Assembly (NCBI GenBank): GCA_976226885.1
Contig: OZ320313.1
Span: 157,604,001-157,668,000, forward strand
Direction of reading: 5' to 3'
Origin: Iphione sp. A-MEVVRFRX5
Taxonomy: Eukaryota
Length of the DNA stretch: 64,000 bases
A program made the position numbers and the translations under genes. Position 1 is the stretch's first letter; every line of letters starts with the position of its first letter. The notes below the pieces were generated by a model that searched no databases, was not told the origin of the DNA, and saw only the letters and a list, made by a program, of their open reading frames with translations. Shown here in pieces: positions 34,591-49,640 of the stretch.

Positions 34591-37500
34591 CCCTAACATC
34601 ATATGTTAGGCGTTTAGAGAACTTTAAATAAAGTAAAAAGTATCATCCTAAAGCATTACTACAGTACTTGGAATAACATGGGATCTTTGTATCAATTAAT
34701 TACTACCACATAGTCAGGAAAGTGTCTTCATATATGAAAACCAGTAAAGACCTTTTCTCAAATACATTGCTATTGTAAACAGAAGCTCGATTATGAAGTA
34801 GTATCTACACGAAAATACCGCCATTACATATATTATCATTTGAGTAACTTTACATATTCATCCTACCAGATGTGCAGTTTTTGCAGTTCTTTTTATTACA
34901 CTCTCAGTCACTGATGTCGAAATAACGGTGGAGTATCGGCACACTGGAGTATAAGTAGCGCACTGCCACTTCACGACTGGATAAATGCAAATGATACTAT
35001 AAACTGGTAAAATAATGATGTGCCGCCAATCAATGCTGCAAATACTGTACTGTACATGTACATTTATATTTAGAGTAACATGTGGATAATACTCTACACC
35101 AATGATATTACTGTATATTGTAGAGTTTACCACAGGTCATACCCTTCACTCTATGGCCAAATTGACCCATGCTCTGTTCGTTTTTACACATCTATGATTG
35201 ATAATTTTCATGTAAAACCGAACAGTAAGGTTATAATAAAATATAACGCTTTCACTCTTAACATATAATCTCTTCTCAGACATGGTAAATAATTCAGGAA
35301 GGATTAAACACATTTTTTTAAATCCCAAGAATAGAATCATGTCACTGTGAATCTTTGACGAAGGATTCACTAGTAAGCTGTGCAGTCGGCCCTTCTATTG
35401 GCTGAGAGTCACTCAAGACTAAAAAGAATCTCCTCAAGAGATGATATTTTCCGACAGTTTCAAACATGTTCAGCACCTTTCTGTCCATCACTCCCCTATG
35501 ATGGTGTCAACACCTCTGCCCACCTGCATGGTTGCCTTGTTTGCTGGATTAACATTAGCGTCGCCGGCTTGGCACTTTGTTTCCACAGACTCCTCCAAAC
35601 TAAGATGCTCTGGCAGGATGGGAATTTTCTGTATACTCTCTGAAGCAAGGTGTCGGGAGGAATATAATCTGTTGCATCGCATTTCCCATCATCCCCGTTA
35701 TCGTCATCAACATGGACGTTTCCCAACAGGTGCTTTACTTTGATTTCTTACTTTTGGCAATACCTTTCACCTGTCGACGTTCTGCATGGCCCCCTTTCAA
35801 TCAGGTGATGGTGAGATAGACATCCACTGACTTTTGAATAGTTAATAGATCAATGTCACCAGCATTAGCTTTGTTTAGGATGAACTGGAGCAGATGCTAG
35901 AATACTGGTCGTTACAGCTTAGATTGTGCGCTGAGCAGAACTAAAATTGCTGGTAAACCAGGCCTGGATTTCACAAGTCAACCCCATAGGAAAAGAGGCA
36001 TTGTTTATTAGTACAATACCCAGTTATACCTTCCTTCCTTGAGCATTTATCTTGTAATTGAAAGTGCGTAGTCCCGCTCACAAGAGAATTGTAACCAAGC
36101 TTTGGAATTTACTACCTCTGTTTGACTGACAGACTGATGATATCTATATTTTGAAACACCTGGGACATCATGTTTTCCCAAGCAGCAGAGGTTTCTGGAA
36201 TTTTACCCCCCACGTTCACAGAGAAGCCGGTAAAGATCCTATCTCTCTGCCCGAACACAGCCATCAGATCCCTTCACAGTGAATGTGCTGTCAGGTCTGT
36301 TTCTAAATAGGAGAGCTGGCTCATTTATATCTCTTGTCTAATCTCTCTGTAAAGGCGGGGTGTCCTTTCGTGCCATTATGGGGTAATATCTTCATCGCCC
36401 GTTTGCCGAAATACATTGTTGGCACCGATACAATGTTTTGTCTGAAGTTTGCCACTTCCTCTGTTGATGCCCTGAATCCATTTATATAGCAAATGTCGCA
36501 GTGCTATGGGGGTCGCTGTTCTTCTCCTTTGACAAGATAAACGAACAATTACACCAAAGTGCTTTCTAACCTTTTATTTGTGAGGGGAAAGCATTCCAAA
36601 TTTTGCCTGTGGGTTTGTGTTGTGATTACGCTTTCGTAGGTTCTCAGAATGTCCCTTGCCTCACTCAAATAGATGGGTCGGCTTCAAGTCTTAGAGATAT
36701 CTTCATACAATGGAATCTCCACAGTTGTGTTGGCCCGAAGTCTCAGACTACTGGAAAGCTTTCACATTTAAGCAAAACTACACTTAGAAAGGCCACCTTT
36801 GAAAAAGGTCCTTCCAACATTTGCCTGTTATGGTGGTTCGACAACATTTCTGAGATGTCTGCAAGGGGTACGACGTGATATAACCACATGTTTATATTTT
36901 AGTAATAAATAGGGTAGCGCCGTGACATAGAAAGACAAACTAAATATCTGTAGAATGCTCGGAAAGTATCATTTTCAACTTGGACATTATCTTGAGGTGT
37001 TTGCGTGGACCATATGCAGCTGATTTGGGTGGAGCACACTTCCAACTTCATTGACGACTAACATTTCTTCTTCCATAAAATTGACATTGAAACGTACCTA
37101 CCCACCATAAACTTGTGCGGGTGACATAAGTCATGGGGCCCCCTGTTCTGTATGTATGCTACATGGGCTTGGGGAATTCAATTGAGCGGAGTGGCCCATT
37201 ATGGAAATAGCTCCAAATTCTGTCCAGACACAAGAGTCGGCAGAGCTGATCTCCATATCCGTCGTGGTAATAGATGGGCTGGGCCAAATCCTTCCACCCC
37301 TGCTGTAGAAAATCAGCAGCCCACACGCTGCTGTTGCAGGACACGGTCGACGCTACCGACGTCCCGTCCTGTGGGTGGAGCTCTCTAATACCGCCGGATT
37401 GCGATACCGTTGAACCCCTCGACCAAAAAGTAGTCAACTGGTCCGCAATCTCCGCTTTATCGGGCGAGGCATCGGCGAGGCGTACGTCCCGTAGCCTCTC

Positions 37501-38607
37501 GAGCCGCTTCGCCGGTGGGGCAACACATTCCGGGGGGCTATGGCAGATCCAGCCATACCTCAACGAATCCCTATGTTGTTTGGGTTTTTTTCCTTCAGAG
37601 AAAAAAAATGACCGACATGCGGACGAAGAGTGCTGGAAGGATATAGGAGTGGGAGTCGGTGAAACTCAGGTGAAAAAGGCCACCCCAATCCACCGCCTCC
37701 CCCCCTCCTCCACGTGCCCTGCTTACCCCAGACTGCCTTCTTGAGCGCTGGGGTAGAAAATATATAGCATGAACATTTCATTGCAGTGATAAGGATGGCT
37801 TGGATTGCTGTCTGCTTGGCTAGACTTCCGGCAGTGGGCTGATGAACCAGCCACAGAGCCTACCGTCCCTCGCCTACCCTTCTCCCTCCGCCCCCCCCCC
37901 CCCCCCGCTCCTTCGCCTCTAGGATCAGTTCGCTATCGAGAACCTGCGGGAATGGTTGGAGTGGGGGGCACTGTTCATTTAGCGTATACCTGCAGGGTCC
38001 GTGGGGGGCTGATGAAAAACCTTTTAATCTCCCGCCCAAAACGTGGCACCCCAGTGCGGCCGAGACACGCCAGGGGCGGGACAGGGTGAAAATAGACGCA
38101 CGTGGATTCAAGTCAACCAGAGTGCAGCTAAATGAAGGGGAAAGAACGAGATAAGTGCTGTTCTGGGCAAATTAAGCGCGTCAGTAACTTGAAATCTTCA
38201 CAGGAAACTTCAGGTGGTTTTTGAACCTGTTACTCTATCGTAGGTACTACAATCTACCTTCCCGAGTAGATATGAACGTAAGAACACGTGCTAGAGCACA
38301 GAGAGTTTTCCCTCCCGATGTGATACGAAGGACATAAAATGTAGCGACTACACTTCCACGATTGTTGAGTTATGGCCACTTGGTAATTGACCGTAGACAC
38401 GAAAGGATCACAAGAAAGACACCGATGTCTGTATCAAGAAGGCTGATTCAAGAAAATATTGATAGTTTACCCAAATGACCCTAAGCTTCGTACACAAGTA
38501 ATACTGGACGGCTGTATCTTGTTCTTAGCCTACAGGCCGGGACTAGGAAACCTATTGCTGTCTTCTCGATTTTCCTTTCTTTGTTTGTGCACATAACTCT
38601 TACTTAC

Positions 38608-38745
38608 GTTGCAGAGGACGGTGTTTAGATGAAACAGCGATGAGGAGAATTGCACCGGAAAGAGGCTGGTGCTATGAAAACATAGCCCGGCCATGAGGTA
38701 TATAAGCGTCCAGCTCTCAAGCGGCTCTTGAGCAATACGAGGGAC
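38608..38745 (-). other. Candidate alternative first exon; could encode MAGLCFHSTSLFPVQFSSSLFHLNTVLCN in phase 0
   Basis: Donor AAC|GTAAGT at 38607, ATG 38694 giving 29 codons, TATA-like at 38774. A plus-strand TATATAAG at ~38699 makes the direction ambiguous. Confidence 0.35.
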
Positions 38746-41121
38746 TTCCGCGAGCTGCTCGGCGTGGCTATATATTTACGGATCTGTTGAAATCAGCGGC
38801 GTCTACGCACGTGGGTGGTAGAGATCGCGTTGATTTACAGGACCGGAGTCTATATGTACCCATTCCACCCGTCCCTTTGGGCTGGCGCGGTCAGAAATAC
38901 AGTTGATACATGGTAAGCGTCTTCTTTTCCCAGGTTCCGGCCATGCTACACCGTTCTGTTGCCGTTGATATGGACACTTTCATTTCTGGGTATCGTCCAA
39001 ATAATAACAAGCCCGAGAAAAATACCGTCACCCGAGCGTTTGTTGACAGGAAAGATGGTCGTGGGGTTTCTGATACGGGGGTCTCCTTCCATGCTAGATG
39101 TAGACTATAGCGAGTTTTTCCCATGCAATTGCTTAAGATATAGACAGAGATGGAAGACACTTTGACACTTTGCGAATATAAATAGTATAAAATATTTCTT
39201 TTGTAAGCGGGTAGGAACGTTTGGGTCCCGAATCCCCCAGAATAATATATAAATACACTGATATCAAGGAAAGAAATTATGTTTTAGTGTAACCCAAATC
39301 ACCTGCTGTCAGATAATGTCAACATATACATATATAAATATATTTATATATCATATACGTGTTAATACTCTGAGGGCTTATTCTTTTATTTCAAACCTCT
39401 GTCAGGAAGGAGAGGACCAATATAAAGTTGGGAGGTGCATATTAAGTGCTACCGCTACTTTGAACCATAGTTTTGCCTTTCAATTTCACTGATTACTTAA
39501 TATACTGTTATGTTACTCATAATATTGACATAAGCATAGCAGAAATAGCTCAGTGATGAACATAAGGTCGGGCATTAAGGCCTGTTTCACATGTATCCGT
39601 TATCCAGTGACACATCCGATAGCACAAAAACCCAAACCAAGTCTTTTAGTTACTCTCTTCACAAACACACATTACCAATACCAATGCATCTGTTTGCACT
39701 GCCTATATCAGTCCAGGACAGGTTATCATGCAAAAAGGTGTGTAAAGGCATAGAAAAGCACCGTAGGTACACATCTACAAGTCATTAATTCATGCACTCA
39801 ATGGGGGGTTGCGTTGTTTATGCACAACGCACTATGAAATGTGCGATGTACATATGTGAAACCCACCTAACAGTCAGTTCAGTTAAACACTTGTGTTGTC
39901 TATGGGTTTAATCAAGAACATATGCAGTCGATTCTCAATTAATGATCAAGTGGAGGCCAGACCTTAACAAAGCTTAAATTCTCTAGTGCCAAAGGTGGTC
40001 TCCTAAGCGAAAGTTGACTCTCTCGCTCTATATATATACATATGTATGCATATATAGTCGACTCCCCCAAATCTGGACACATGCGGTTCTTTGCCAAATT
40101 GTCCACATTTCAGAGGCATCCAGCTTACAGATCAGGTAGTAGGATATGGATAGTGTACATGTATTTATGAGTAGACTTATGACAGGTTAGACTCCTTAGG
40201 GGTGTATCACATGTATCCATATGATTACACTCTGCATCCAGATACTTATATGGAGACTTCCTGTAGATTCCGCATTATTAATTGCTTACATATGCTAACC
40301 AGATGTTCATTACTATAGAGAAAAATGAGATATGCATGCAGGTGCAGAGGAAACCCAGGATTTCTGGTTTGACATCCAGATGCACATGATCTGTATTGAT
40401 CTGTTTATATTGGGAAAATATCTGCTAATGCAGAACTGACAAATATGGATTTATGTGTATATCCCCTAAAAATGCTGATTATGATGAGTAAGAATCCCAA
40501 ATTTTCTGAATTTAATGAGTTAAAGTCCTGAAAGTGCCAAATTTGATGAGTAAGTCATAAAAGTGCCAAATTTGATGAGTAATTGTCTATAAGTGCTGAA
40601 TATACAATGTATAATCCTTCAACACTTTGAGTTGGGACATCTGAGGGTGTCATGCTAATACCTCTACCAGTATATACCCACTGATTCACAGTCTAAGCCT
40701 GCCAATTCAGGTCTAAACATGCCGATTTCATGGTCTAAACCCACCAATTCAGAGCCAAACCCTTCAACACCTTGTTCACATGCGGACGTGGAGCAAAAAT
40801 TAGTGTCCTGGTTATAGACATTTTGTTATATTGGTTACCTACAGGAAGCAAATCCGTTCTTCGCTGAATCTTCTGCATTTCAGACGTGTCTGGTTTATAG
40901 ATGTATCCACAAGGGGAGCGTACACTGTGTATATATATATGTGGGTGGGTGTTTTGTCATGGGTGAGGCTGGCAGTCCCAGAAAATGAAATTTGTTACAT
41001 GTACATAGGTGTGCATGCATGTACAAGATCCAAAGTTGGTCCTAAAATTAAGTGAGATTTAGTATCTAAGTGTATGGAAGCAATCACTACCTGCAATGTC
41101 CGCTTGGAAGTGAACACCTAA

Positions 41122-41739
41122 GGGTGGGTTTCCTTACATGCAGTGAGCTGCATTAGGCTGCATGTGTAATCCGTGTGTGTTAACATGCATTTTACATGCG
41201 TTTTCCTTTCACTCAGCTCAATGCACAGGGGTGTCTATTGTGGTGCATTGTTAACAGTGCATTTATGTGTGTGAATGGTGACAAAAATGATGAAAAAGGA
41301 CAATATTTATATGATGCTAAAAGCTGCAAAAATCGGCGAAAATGACAGGAAAAATGATGACAAAGGATAAATATGATGCTAAAAGCTGTGAAAATTGGCA
41401 AAAAAGATGGGCAAAATGATGACAAAGGACTGACATGTGTGGACATGTGCAGACATGGCCATAAATCATGTTGAAAGTGATGAAATGTGAAGAAATATGA
41501 AGAAATACCAGTGCATGGGTATGCGTTGGTATCCATTTGCGTTAAATTATCGTTCTGCAACCATTAATAATGTTCAATGGATGCAAAAGACACACAAATG
41601 CATACAAATGCACACAAATGCACATGGATGCATTTGGCACCCCCTATTAGAATCAACATGACCAATAAAAATGCATACAAATGCACACAAAACACACACA
41701 AATGCACATGGATAGTAATGGACGTAAGGAAACCGACCC
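41122..41739. mobile_element. PIF/Harbinger-type MITE (family A, 618 bp)
   Basis: TIRs gggt(g)ggtttccttac / gtaaggaaaccgaccc (15/16), TAA on both flanks, internal similarity to the 27869 copy (caatgcacaggggtgtct..., gcacccc.tattagaatcaacatgaccaataaaaat). Confidence 0.85.
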
Positions 41740-43477
41740 TAAATCACACACATGACCCTATTTGATTGACATAAAGATAATGTTGTGATTATGTTTTGTA
41801 AAGTTTTATTAGCTGGAAGGCTGGAATGGCCTCGGGGGATGATCTGTCATACCACAGAGCCGGTTGTAGGTCTTGTGGTCATGGGCAAGTATAACAACAG
41901 AGACGGATATGAAAAACGTTCACGCTGAGCGTACTCTTAGCTGAACCTCAATATTTTCAGAAAGCGAAGGCTCTGTCTCATATGGAACGACCTACGTAGA
42001 GAATTATCCTCTCCATCATAAGTATCAAAAGCAATTTCCTAATAATAAACTGACGGTTTGGCAACAGCAGCTTAAAACATGATAAATTAGGGAACAAGTC
42101 TGCGCATGCAGTGATCAAGCAATGGTCGTCCAATCACTGAAGCATTTCAATTTAGAGGCAATCTGTTTGTAATTTTACAGTTGGCCATATGCTGCTAATA
42201 ATACTACCAAAAACGTCTGCTGCAAAGCTGGATTGATGTAAAACCTGTCAAGAGCTGTAGATGTGGGTGATTTATCACAAATAGTATGGATTTTCCGTCG
42301 ATGGTACTGGGAGTTTCTGCCTGGAAATCGAATTATACCTAAATCTGAATGTATAGAACATAGATGAAGATATTTTATTTGTTATTAATGGCTAGCTAGC
42401 GTCTTTAACACTGCAAGAAAGCCAAAAATACACTGACTAAGAGTAAACTTACAAGTAAGTTAGGTAAATCAAACACATTTGTGCCTTTGATTAGTGGTTC
42501 CAAAAAAATTCTTATATTAATGAAATAAAGCTACTGAGAGCCAGTGTGTCTTGATTTCAGACTTTTCGTTCAACAGGAACATCCCAAACAAAAGTTTCGT
42601 TCTCCTAAAATTAAACAGTAGTTGTGAGTTGGACTATATATTATAGTATACAAGAAAAATTATTCCAAGTCTGTCAAGTCAGTGGAAGACATTCATAGCT
42701 CAGCAGTAGTGCCATACAGTGTCAGAGCCTTTGCTGCGCCAACATTGCCGTAGGCGTACCGTAAAGAAACTCGAGAATAAGAAAAAAAAGAAACTCATCA
42801 TAAACAATGCATTAAGGGAGTACTGCCATCAAACATTTGTTAAAGCATATATTCATGAACATGAAGCAGCCCCTGTATCCTACACGTTTGAGAGTATGGT
42901 CACACTGACATCACATTACAATCCATTTACTTAGAGTGTGAAGTCTGGTTACTTTAAGAGATATTTGCCTCCGGGTTTCTGATTTTTCCCACCCATTGCC
43001 AATTACTTCCCATCCGTCTGTTTCCGATGCGCAACCCAGACAGACCCTCTGTCACGTTTTCTCCTCCCATGAGTTCTATTCCCACATCAACAAGTCATCT
43101 GTTTGCGAAGAGCAGGACAAAGCCCTGTTGACAAACGAAACACCGTTAGCCAAAGGCAATGAGCGTAAGCCGTCTGTTGCCCCATCAATATCGCTGTGTA
43201 AGTGGGTGAGATGTGACTCTTGGTGGCTTACTAACCTTTCACGTCGGCCCGGTCTGCTGTGGCAGGTGTGCCGCTGCTGTACGTACAGGTGTCAGCCCTA
43301 TGGTTATAGGTGTAGACTGGTGTTAACCTATAATTGATCCCAGTTGAGGTATATAAGTTGATGTATTTTGAGCAAGGCTTGGGATAAAAGGTAAACGATC
43401 ATGACTTCGCGTGACTAACCAACTAACCCTGTATAGCATCTCATCTCACCTCCCCGTTTCTGACTACATGCATGTTG

Positions 43478-43623
43478 NNNNNNNNNNNNNNNNNNNNNNN
43501 NNNNNNNNNNNNNNNNNNNNNNNNNNNNNNNNNNNNNNNNNNNNNNNNNNNNNNNNNNNNNNNNNNNNNNNNNNNNNNNNNNNNNNNNNNNNNNNNNNNN
43601 NNNNNNNNNNNNNNNNNNNNNNN
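43478..43623. other. Assembly gap (N run)
   Basis: Run of n characters. Confidence 1.
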
Positions 43624-46600
43624 CCCTTCTTTTTCTCTCTGGTGCTTACAATGTCTTAAGCTGTTTGTCAAGATCTAGCCTTAAGTGGTCCCTCCCTCAG
43701 TGCTGCGTCGGGCACGGACCACAAACAAGTAGTATTGACTTCCCGTTTGCTAAATCACTCCGTTTGTTGTGACGATAATGGTGTAGGTAATGACAAGGAG
43801 AGCTGGGAGTCCACACACGTGCCTCAAGTACAGCAAACGTGGTCAGGAGTTAAGAGGACGTCTTTTAAAGTGCCGTGTTCAAAGGGATTGCGGGACGAAG
43901 TTCATTTGGTGGATAGATCAGTCGAGAGCAAATAGACTAAAGCTTTAAATTGGTCTCCCAGTATACATAACAAATTGCGACAGATCTTTTGAGTTTTGAC
44001 CGAGCGGTGTGTTCTTGGGCCTCTGGAGACCTACCAGATCTGATCTTTGTACAATGGGCGCACAACCATTCAGGCACGCGTTTCTTTTCCCCCTTTAAGA
44101 AAATGCACGGGATAGGTATCTCAATTTCTCAATTATCTGCACAATCTGTCACCGAATAAATCGCAATGTCATGACCGCATTGGTAAAGAACGGGAGAGCA
44201 TTTTTCGTGTAAACCTAACCCTGACCTCAGCGCGAATTTTGTATGGATTCCGTGCTCACAAGGTTTGGTGGTATCCCTGCAATTTTTCAGGAGGTACCGC
44301 CGCATGTGTGTGCCGAGCCAGGCTTTTGTTCTTGTTTGTCTTGAAGGTATTTTCCCCCGTTCTCCAGACAACAGACATTCAAGGGGATCCTGACGACAGC
44401 CTGTCAATCAGCCATTGTCAAGTACATCATAGAAACTAGCGTGAAATTTGTCAGGCTGTCAGCTGGCTGAACAGCAGGCACTTGAGGAACAGAACGGAGG
44501 GATGAGCTCGACAAAACTTTGAAGGGCATCGTTTCAGGGGAGTCCGCGCGCTGGCCAGTTGGGCGCCAGGGGAGCCAGGAAAGAACGTAAAGTGTGCGAA
44601 TGCCCGAGGAGGCAGAGACAGGTGTCTGAAGGCCAACGCATGATTTTGATCGTATCGTGTCAGCTAACATCTAGCTCACCTACATTTTGTATATACACAC
44701 ACCGGTCTCTAACACATACCTGGCGGTCCTGGAGCGGAACTGCGCGGGGACGACGGGAATGTTGACAATATGCCTTGGGCATTGCATCGGAAATTGTAGT
44801 AATAAAAAGCAACCCTGTGTCCACTCCAAGCCCCCTTCTCCGAATCCAAAGCTAACAAGAACCTCACCGACTGGCCTTTACTGAATCGTATTGAATGTAC
44901 GGTGGGGAATCGGCTCCTCTAGGATCTGCTTCTGAATCTTTATGGGTGAAAACTATAGTAAAAGCGACGGATTGGTTGGAACGGTATACACCCTGCGAAC
45001 TGGAAACGATTTCCATTTAATGTCTGTGATGAAAAGGTAATACGCTCTGGTGGTTTGAAGCAAAGAAAATCGATTCGAAACTTTGGACCTATAAGCCGGG
45101 AAAAACACAGCGATAATGATGGACAACACGGAGGAAAAAAGTAAGTAAAAGGTATTTGTGGTGGGATACGGATGATACTTATTAGCGGAAGCCTTTGTGT
45201 TCTGTCCTGGGGATATGGAGTATTGTCCTCCGGTTGGGAAGTATATATCAACTGCCACTTTCTTATTGTTGCTGCCCTGACAGAGCGTGTCTTACGGCTG
45301 TTGGCACAGGCGGCCCTATAAAGGAGCTGGGTGTAGAGGCACAGACAGGAGTGTTCTGCTAGTGGGAATTACCCAACAAAGAGTTGCCGATGGAGGGGGA
45401 GCCGCCGTTAAAGAACGTCCAGTGAGACGCGTGAGGCTGAATTCATATACACACATTCCGGTGACATTCACTTTACATACCCCTGAGGGGTGGTGACGGG
45501 CAATGCGCTCCTTCGTTTTTCTACAGCAAATTTAGATCGACAGCTGCGCATATAATAAAGTAACCTTTGGTGACCACGTGCCTGGCATACCATATAAATT
45601 GTGCAGTTTACACAAACCGAGGCGCAGCAAACTTACGTCACCGCAGTCGTGAAGACCGATCATTAGCTCAAAGGCACAAGCCTCTTCAAAAAACCTATAT
45701 TTTAGATTCTATACCTTATATCTTGTTCAGACGATCAGAAAGATACGCCCGTCGATAGCCAAATGCAAACGAAATGGCCCCATGTCGACCGGAATGCCTA
45801 TTTGTAAATGACCTAACGTATACCACCAGCGTATCAGCAAATGCTCGATAATGTTTCAATAAAGCATATTTTACGAGCAATGATGATTTGTATTTAATTT
45901 TTTTTTCAAATCTTAAACTGTACGAACACTGGCTCTTTCACAGAAATATCGCTGGTTAGGAGACATGAATTGAAAGTGAATGAAAACACAGGACAAGATG
46001 ACATCACTGTCAGTGACTGTGTGGTCGGCGACCACAACATCACGACGTCCAGACGTCGAAGATCTGATGTCAACTCCCAACAGAACATACGGCATAGCCA
46101 ACCGTTCCGTTTCACTGTACTATGTGTGTATGTGTGTGGCATTTATTCTATAATGTTGACTATATTTCTCTCAGGTTTCCCTCATATTGTTGTTGGACGC
46201 TGCACATCTTCTAAATGACAGAAAAAACATTTCTTACATTTTTTTTGCACTTGATAGTCTTACAACACTGGTATGTTTGGCATGTACCGTTGAATGCCCG
46301 GGCACTGACTTAACGTTGCGTAAATGTGTTAAATATATCTCCCTAAGGGTAGTTCTACAAGTGCAATATGTCCGATGCATCATCAGCAAACATAAATTTA
46401 AACCCTAGTAAGCGATATACGTCAGGGAGCATCTCCCCTCATAATCTTAACAACTACAATCACTGTCGTACTGGGGTATGCAAAAAGTTGTAAGGGCGTG
46501 CATATGCCATTAACCACTGATATGAAATCTGACCTGCACGTTTGTTAGCATATGGATAACATCAAATGTACTTGTACTTTATAGTCTTGATTATCTGAAC

Positions 46601-49431
46601 ATCAGGGATGATTAGTGGGCTACAAAGCAGGTACAAAGGAATAAGCAGTTGTAAAGGTAAGAATTTTCGAAAAGGATCGCTTGGGGGCAAAACCAACAAA
46701 TTAAGAAACTTTGATATTCAACAATATAATTATAAAGATGCTAATTCAATTACGAATGCTTGTGTTAATGTCACATTCAAAATAAGGTGCCAAAGCGATC
46801 CTTCCAGCTGAAGACGGGAACCATTTGTCTCCCTATATACACGCTAGTTCCACTCTTCTTCAAAACGTGGACAACCTAGAAGGGATACAGTGGATAGCTT
46901 CTCTCCAAAACAGTGTTTGTCCTTTAATGGCATCAAAACAAGTCAGAGACAGTCGAAGTATTTCCCCCCATAGGAAGTTCTTCTCCATTGTTTTGTGCTT
47001 AATCGTCACAGAACTTTCCCGAGATTGATTCTCTTGTCTACATGAACATGTATGTATCTTCCAGTGAAGTAGATGTAGTCCATAACAAAACTGTATTATG
47101 AACTTTTGTTAACAGAGTTTATGACCAAACATCTGCAGAAGTAATGCTAAAGTTGGAATCATTCATACCATGATAAGAAGGTAAGTAACGCAATACATAC
47201 TACTTGCATGTCTATATCACATTTATAATTTTCCCCTTCTTTTGGTCTAAGATGAAATTTGCCATTTAGTAGTGGAATTCCCCTCTACTTAACATGTGAT
47301 AACCAAAGCGATCAAGTACCTGTTGTAACTCTTGCTGACAATGAATTTATTTCCTTAATTTAAATTATCTTTTCTGTTATGTATATATAGCTAACTTCAC
47401 GACATAAAGGGAGTTCTTTCTCAAGGGGTTTGTTTAGAGATGCTCACATGTCTTCTAATATTGACGGCCATCCAATGGAGTGTTGCTGTCCTGTATGTGT
47501 ACGAACATGTGTGTATTTATGTATGTGTACATGAATAATGGATGCATGGGGAAAGACCGTACGGGCTTATTTGTGCCACAAACGATAGCCTGGAGAGAGC
47601 CCACATGGGAGTGGGGGAGACCATAGGGTCCATGGTGGAAGCCCAACAGAGGCTCCTCCTTGATCCGCCCTTATATACAGGTATACTAGGAGACCTATAC
47701 ATACATGTGTAAATCTGGGGACAACAGACATACACTGCTACGTGTGTAAACGTTCTTTCCCCACTGTGCAAAGCAACCTACGTACTAAACAGTTTACTGA
47801 GCTGCTCTGGTATGTAAATATATACATGTACATGGGGGGGCACATATATATGTTTTCACGTAGGTCTTCGTAGGTCCCCCTGGTTAATCACCGGCAGCAG
47901 CGTGCGGTGAGAAACAGCCTGACGCGAATTGCTATATGTTGGGTTTCACATCCACCGTTGTGTCAATCGTCTACTGGCGCGCCCCGTGTGGGTGATTGGT
48001 GTACCCGACCCCTTAAATCAGCCCTCTTTCTTCAGGCCCCTCACCAATCATGCCACATGCCCCACCCGCCCACCTACCTGTTTACGTGTATCTATGCAGG
48101 CAGCCCGGTTTTCTTTTTCATAGCCATCTACATAACGGGCCACCTCGGTTTGCGTGGACACCTGATTAGTAATGATGAAGCACCCTGTGAATATTAAAAA
48201 CAGAAGCTCTCCATCACATTGTGACGGCTGCTGCGCCGCCCGCCGCTGTCCTTGTCGACCGGTGCCCCTCTCTTAACGTGTGATTTTAATTTAATTTTAG
48301 TCGAGATTTCGATAAACACAGGCAAGTTGACAAAGTGGCTGGATCATATCACCCCAAAAGCTCGGCCATGGCTGCCCCCATCGTGAGGTAACTATACCGA
48401 TCATCACCAATCATTCCCGGTGTGGGGTCATTAACATATCATGGGCATTTTCGTACATATTATCGGAACCTTATACTACGCCTAGGAGAAGTTTGTGGCA
48501 CCTATATCTGTTGGAAATACTGTGCATTGTAATTCCCCGCGGATGAAACAAATTGTATACAGCTACAGTAAAACATCGAGCCTAATCAGCACTAGTTATG
48601 ACTACATGTCGATCTTCAGACCAGGTTCCCTGAATGCATTTTACGTGCGTGAGTGCATGAGGGATCTCGACTTTACAGCTCTCCACGGGCGCACCCACAT
48701 TGGGGTGTTTCCATGTGTGTGTATGCATTCTGTGTATCTCTCTCTCCCTTCCTCCCTGCCTACCTTTCTCTGGCTTGCGTGTGTGAAATCTGCAGACTTT
48801 GTTTTTCAGTTTGAGCACCTGCACCATGCACACGCACGCATCCGATACTCGCAAACCCAGACCTAAGGACATAGCCCTGTTCATCCTTACAGTGTCGAAA
48901 ATGCCCACATGCATGCAGGTACACACAACACGCACTCATATAATATATAGGATACTGCAGGAAAGGGATCTTTCATACCGATGTATAGACGTACACGACA
49001 ATCATTTTCGTACGTCGCCTGCGCTTCTTTCAGGAAATGAATTCCCTTCCGGTCTTTATTCATTTTGTCCACTTGTCAAAACTTTTCCCCACTTTTTTAT
49101 GCTTTCACCATACAAATTATGGACTCTGCATTTGCCATTAGCTATTCCCCCTGGCCAGTTTTCGTTTACCCACGGTCTCGTGACTGTCTCGCGGTCCTCC
49201 TTTTTTTCTTTTGACGTTGGTTTGCGTTTCCATGTGTTTTCTGTAACTATGATAGTACATGTCTCAGAACAAAAGTGAATGGGTATCGGTGCTGGCAGTG
49301 TTATGTAAATGAGGCAAGCCGGTGTAAGTGTGTCCCAGTGTGATCCGAGCATTGATGTTGTCGCTGCTGTTTGCAAAGCTTCCGAGCTGCTGCACAAGCA
49401 AAAAGTAACTTAAAGTAAACACGCCACTCAC

Positions 49432-49640
49432 CTCCGTGAGGTCGGCGACTCAACAACAGTCTGGAGGGCACAGCCCTCGAGGAATGTCGATATACCGTGC
49501 CGGATACCGATGGAGTTCGTCCTCCTGGGCCCTCGCCTCCTCCTCCTCCTTCTCTGCTGCCGCCGCCGACGACGACCTGGGTCTCCGTGTGGGCTAGGTT
49601 GTCTCGCCACTGGTGTTTGTGGGTGACGCCTGAGTTCTGT
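49432..49640 (-). other. Candidate non-coding first exon
   Basis: Minus-strand TATTTAAA at 49672-49665, GC/CpG-rich ATG-free body, donor GAG|GTGAGT at 49431. Confidence 0.5.

Noticed and set aside
35380-37750. Protein-like ORF fragments (possible decayed gene or retroelement)
   Set aside because: Short, frame-interrupted, and no recognisable RT, endonuclease or other motif; would need tBLASTx.
43411-43678. ORFs spanning the N run
   Set aside because: Artefacts of the assembly gap.
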